Assembly (NCBI RefSeq): GCF_964213995.1 | Contig: NC_135814.1 | Span: 32,116,001-32,180,000 of the forward strand | DNA: 64,000 nucleotides | From: Mustelus asterias | Lineage: Eukaryota | Direction: 5' to 3' | Shown here: piece by piece, positions 63,792 to 64,000 of the stretch | Layout: each line of letters starts with the position of its first letter | How positions within the stretch are numbered: the stretch's first letter is position 1 | Translations under genes and position numbers: made by a program | The notes under the pieces: model-generated | The model's database searches: none | What the model was told of the DNA's origin: nothing | The model's input: the letters and a program-made list of their open reading frames with translations, nothing else

Positions 63792-64000
63792 TAAATGACA
63801 CTTTGCGGAACACCTTTGTTCTGTCCATAAGCATGATCCCTGCCTTCTGGTTGCTTGCCATTTCAGCTCAGCATCTTGCTGTCATGCTCATGTCTGTCCT
63901 AGGTCTGCTGCAATGCTCCACTGATGCCCAATGCAAGCTGGAAGAACAACACCTGATTTTCTAATTAGGCACGTTACAGCATTGTGGACTCAACATTTGA

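Larger units (their letters stand above)
61130..64000 (+). mobile_element. Degraded Penelope-like element (RT and GIY-YIG endonuclease), interrupted twice
   Basis: RT remnants (HFLQIK..., SYVCLFVRYVE, KPTD|SY) and GIY-YIG remnants (FQVMQHFTCTSFNLLYCICCYQCGLLYIGKAKRRLG | FAEHL...VACHF...KLEEQHLIF*LGTLQ). Confidence 0.8.

Noticed and set aside
1-64000. Novel prokaryotic-type system (defence island, retron, CRISPR) suggested by many RT and nuclease ORFs
   Set aside because: The sequence is a vertebrate locus with spliceosomal introns. The RT and nuclease ORFs are LINE/PLE fragments, and the HNH belongs to ZRANB3.

Overview
Eukaryotic vertebrate DNA, almost certainly from a cartilaginous fish (shark), inferred from HE1/V-SINE-type SINEs and abundant CR1/L2 LINEs. 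The window holds the 3' portions of two convergent (tail-to-tail) intron-containing genes. ZRANB3 is on + (9 coding exons, 3755-30415: PIP box, NZF zinc finger, substrate-recognition region, HNH endonuclease, C-terminal PCNA-binding motif). RAB3GAP1 is on - (9 coding exons including a 21-nt microexon, 59685 down to the stop at 34765). I checked splice sites and reading-frame phases by hand, and they chain consistently. Introns and the 4.3-kb intergenic gap are filled with CR1/L2/Rex1 LINE fragments (one near-complete CR1 ORF2), SINEs, TIR-bounded MITE-like elements, a fossil hAT transposase and Penelope-like element (PLE) remnants. The most notable non-obvious signals are: fold-back PLE-derived elements with minimal hammerhead-ribozyme cores, the 21-nt RAB3GAP1 microexon, a PIP-like C-terminal motif in ZRANB3, a TE-abutted splice acceptor, a highly structured CR1 3'UTR module and back-to-back poly(A) signals. 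Most short ORFs in the supplied track are repeat artefacts. I see no prokaryote-type novel system (CRISPR, defence operon). All family assignments come from recall, not database searches.
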